The notes beneath the pieces were generated by a model. That model did not search any database. It saw only the letters and a list, made by a program, of their open reading frames with translations, and was not told the origin of the DNA. From assembly GCF_044324875.1 (NCBI RefSeq), contig NZ_CP172185.1: a DNA stretch of 64,000 nt. One strand, given 5' to 3'. This document shows, in pieces, positions 63,474 to 64,000 of the stretch. Position numbers and translations under genes: made by a program. Each line of letters begins with the position of its first letter. The first letter of the stretch is position 1. This DNA comes from Escherichia coli. Lineage in GTDB: Bacteria; Pseudomonadota; Gammaproteobacteria; Enterobacterales; Enterobacteriaceae.

Positions 63474-63669
63474 GGTTTTATTTTCCTGTCAGTGATTCCG
63501 GCTTTATTCCGGCGCGAATACAGGCTTCAGAAAAAAAGCCAGAGAACCAATAACCTCATTATTTCTAAGGCGGCATTGCGATTTCACTTTCCCTTTATCC
63601 AGAAATATCAAAACGCGCCCCGTATAATCAGATGGCACATTAAGCACTACAGGTAAGTGCGCTTCATGA

Positions 63670-63987
63670 TTATTCATGGCTAACCACCTCCTGGAATTTT
63701 CTTCTGTAACGCGCCTCTGCCACATATTCAGCATAGTCCGACGCAATATTGAGAATATCGCTACCCGTTCCTGAATGTTCGGCGGTTTCCAGTAAAAAAC
63801 ATGCAGCTTTTACCATGTCAGCAACACATAACAGCGCAATATCTGTATCTTCCGGTGTGCCATCAAATTCCTGTTTCAGGGCATTAAAACGATCATCACG
63901 CATAACCCCATATTCACAATCAGCAATCAGGATGGCTTTGGCCTCATTCAGTGCCATATTAGCGGTAAGCTGTGCGTAGGCCAGCAA
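63670..63987 (-). CDS. Hypothetical island protein
   Basis: 105-aa ORF co-oriented with the island operon. Confidence 0.35.
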   Translation of the reverse strand: MLAYAQLTANMALNEAKAILIADCEYGVMRDDRFNALKQEFDGTPEDTDIALLCVADMVKAACFLLETAEHSGTGSDILNIASDYAEYVAEARYRRKFQEVVSHE

Positions 63988-64000
63988 ATGCGGGATTATT

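Overview
The window holds three blocks. (1) 1-35400: a nearly complete P2-like (Peduovirus-type) prophage, read from the N-terminus of its integrase through the immunity repressor, early operon, replication gene A, an accessory cargo region disrupted by an IS21-family insertion, and the full capsid, lysis and tail modules to an Ogr-like activator. The tail sheath-to-gpU block lies on the opposite strand to gpD and the tail-fibre genes, which I believe differs from P2. (2) 35480-38700: a degenerate tandem array of three module types (a small protein gene, a promoter-plus-terminator sRNA-like unit, and a hok/mok-like type I toxin locus), with one intact copy of each and decayed paralogues. (3) 39138-57044: conserved E. 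coli-type core genes (serS, rarA, lolA, ftsK, lrp, trxB, cydDC, aat, infA, tRNA-Ser, clpA, clpS), followed by the start of a satellite/PICI-like island with a lambda Nu1-like small terminase, a FinO/ProQ-domain protein, a PerC-like regulator, SSB, iterons and a primase. The best candidates for an undescribed system are the IS-disrupted five-gene cargo operon downstream of gene A and the three-component hok-containing repeat array. All calls rest on reading the sequence and ORF translations; no database search was run.
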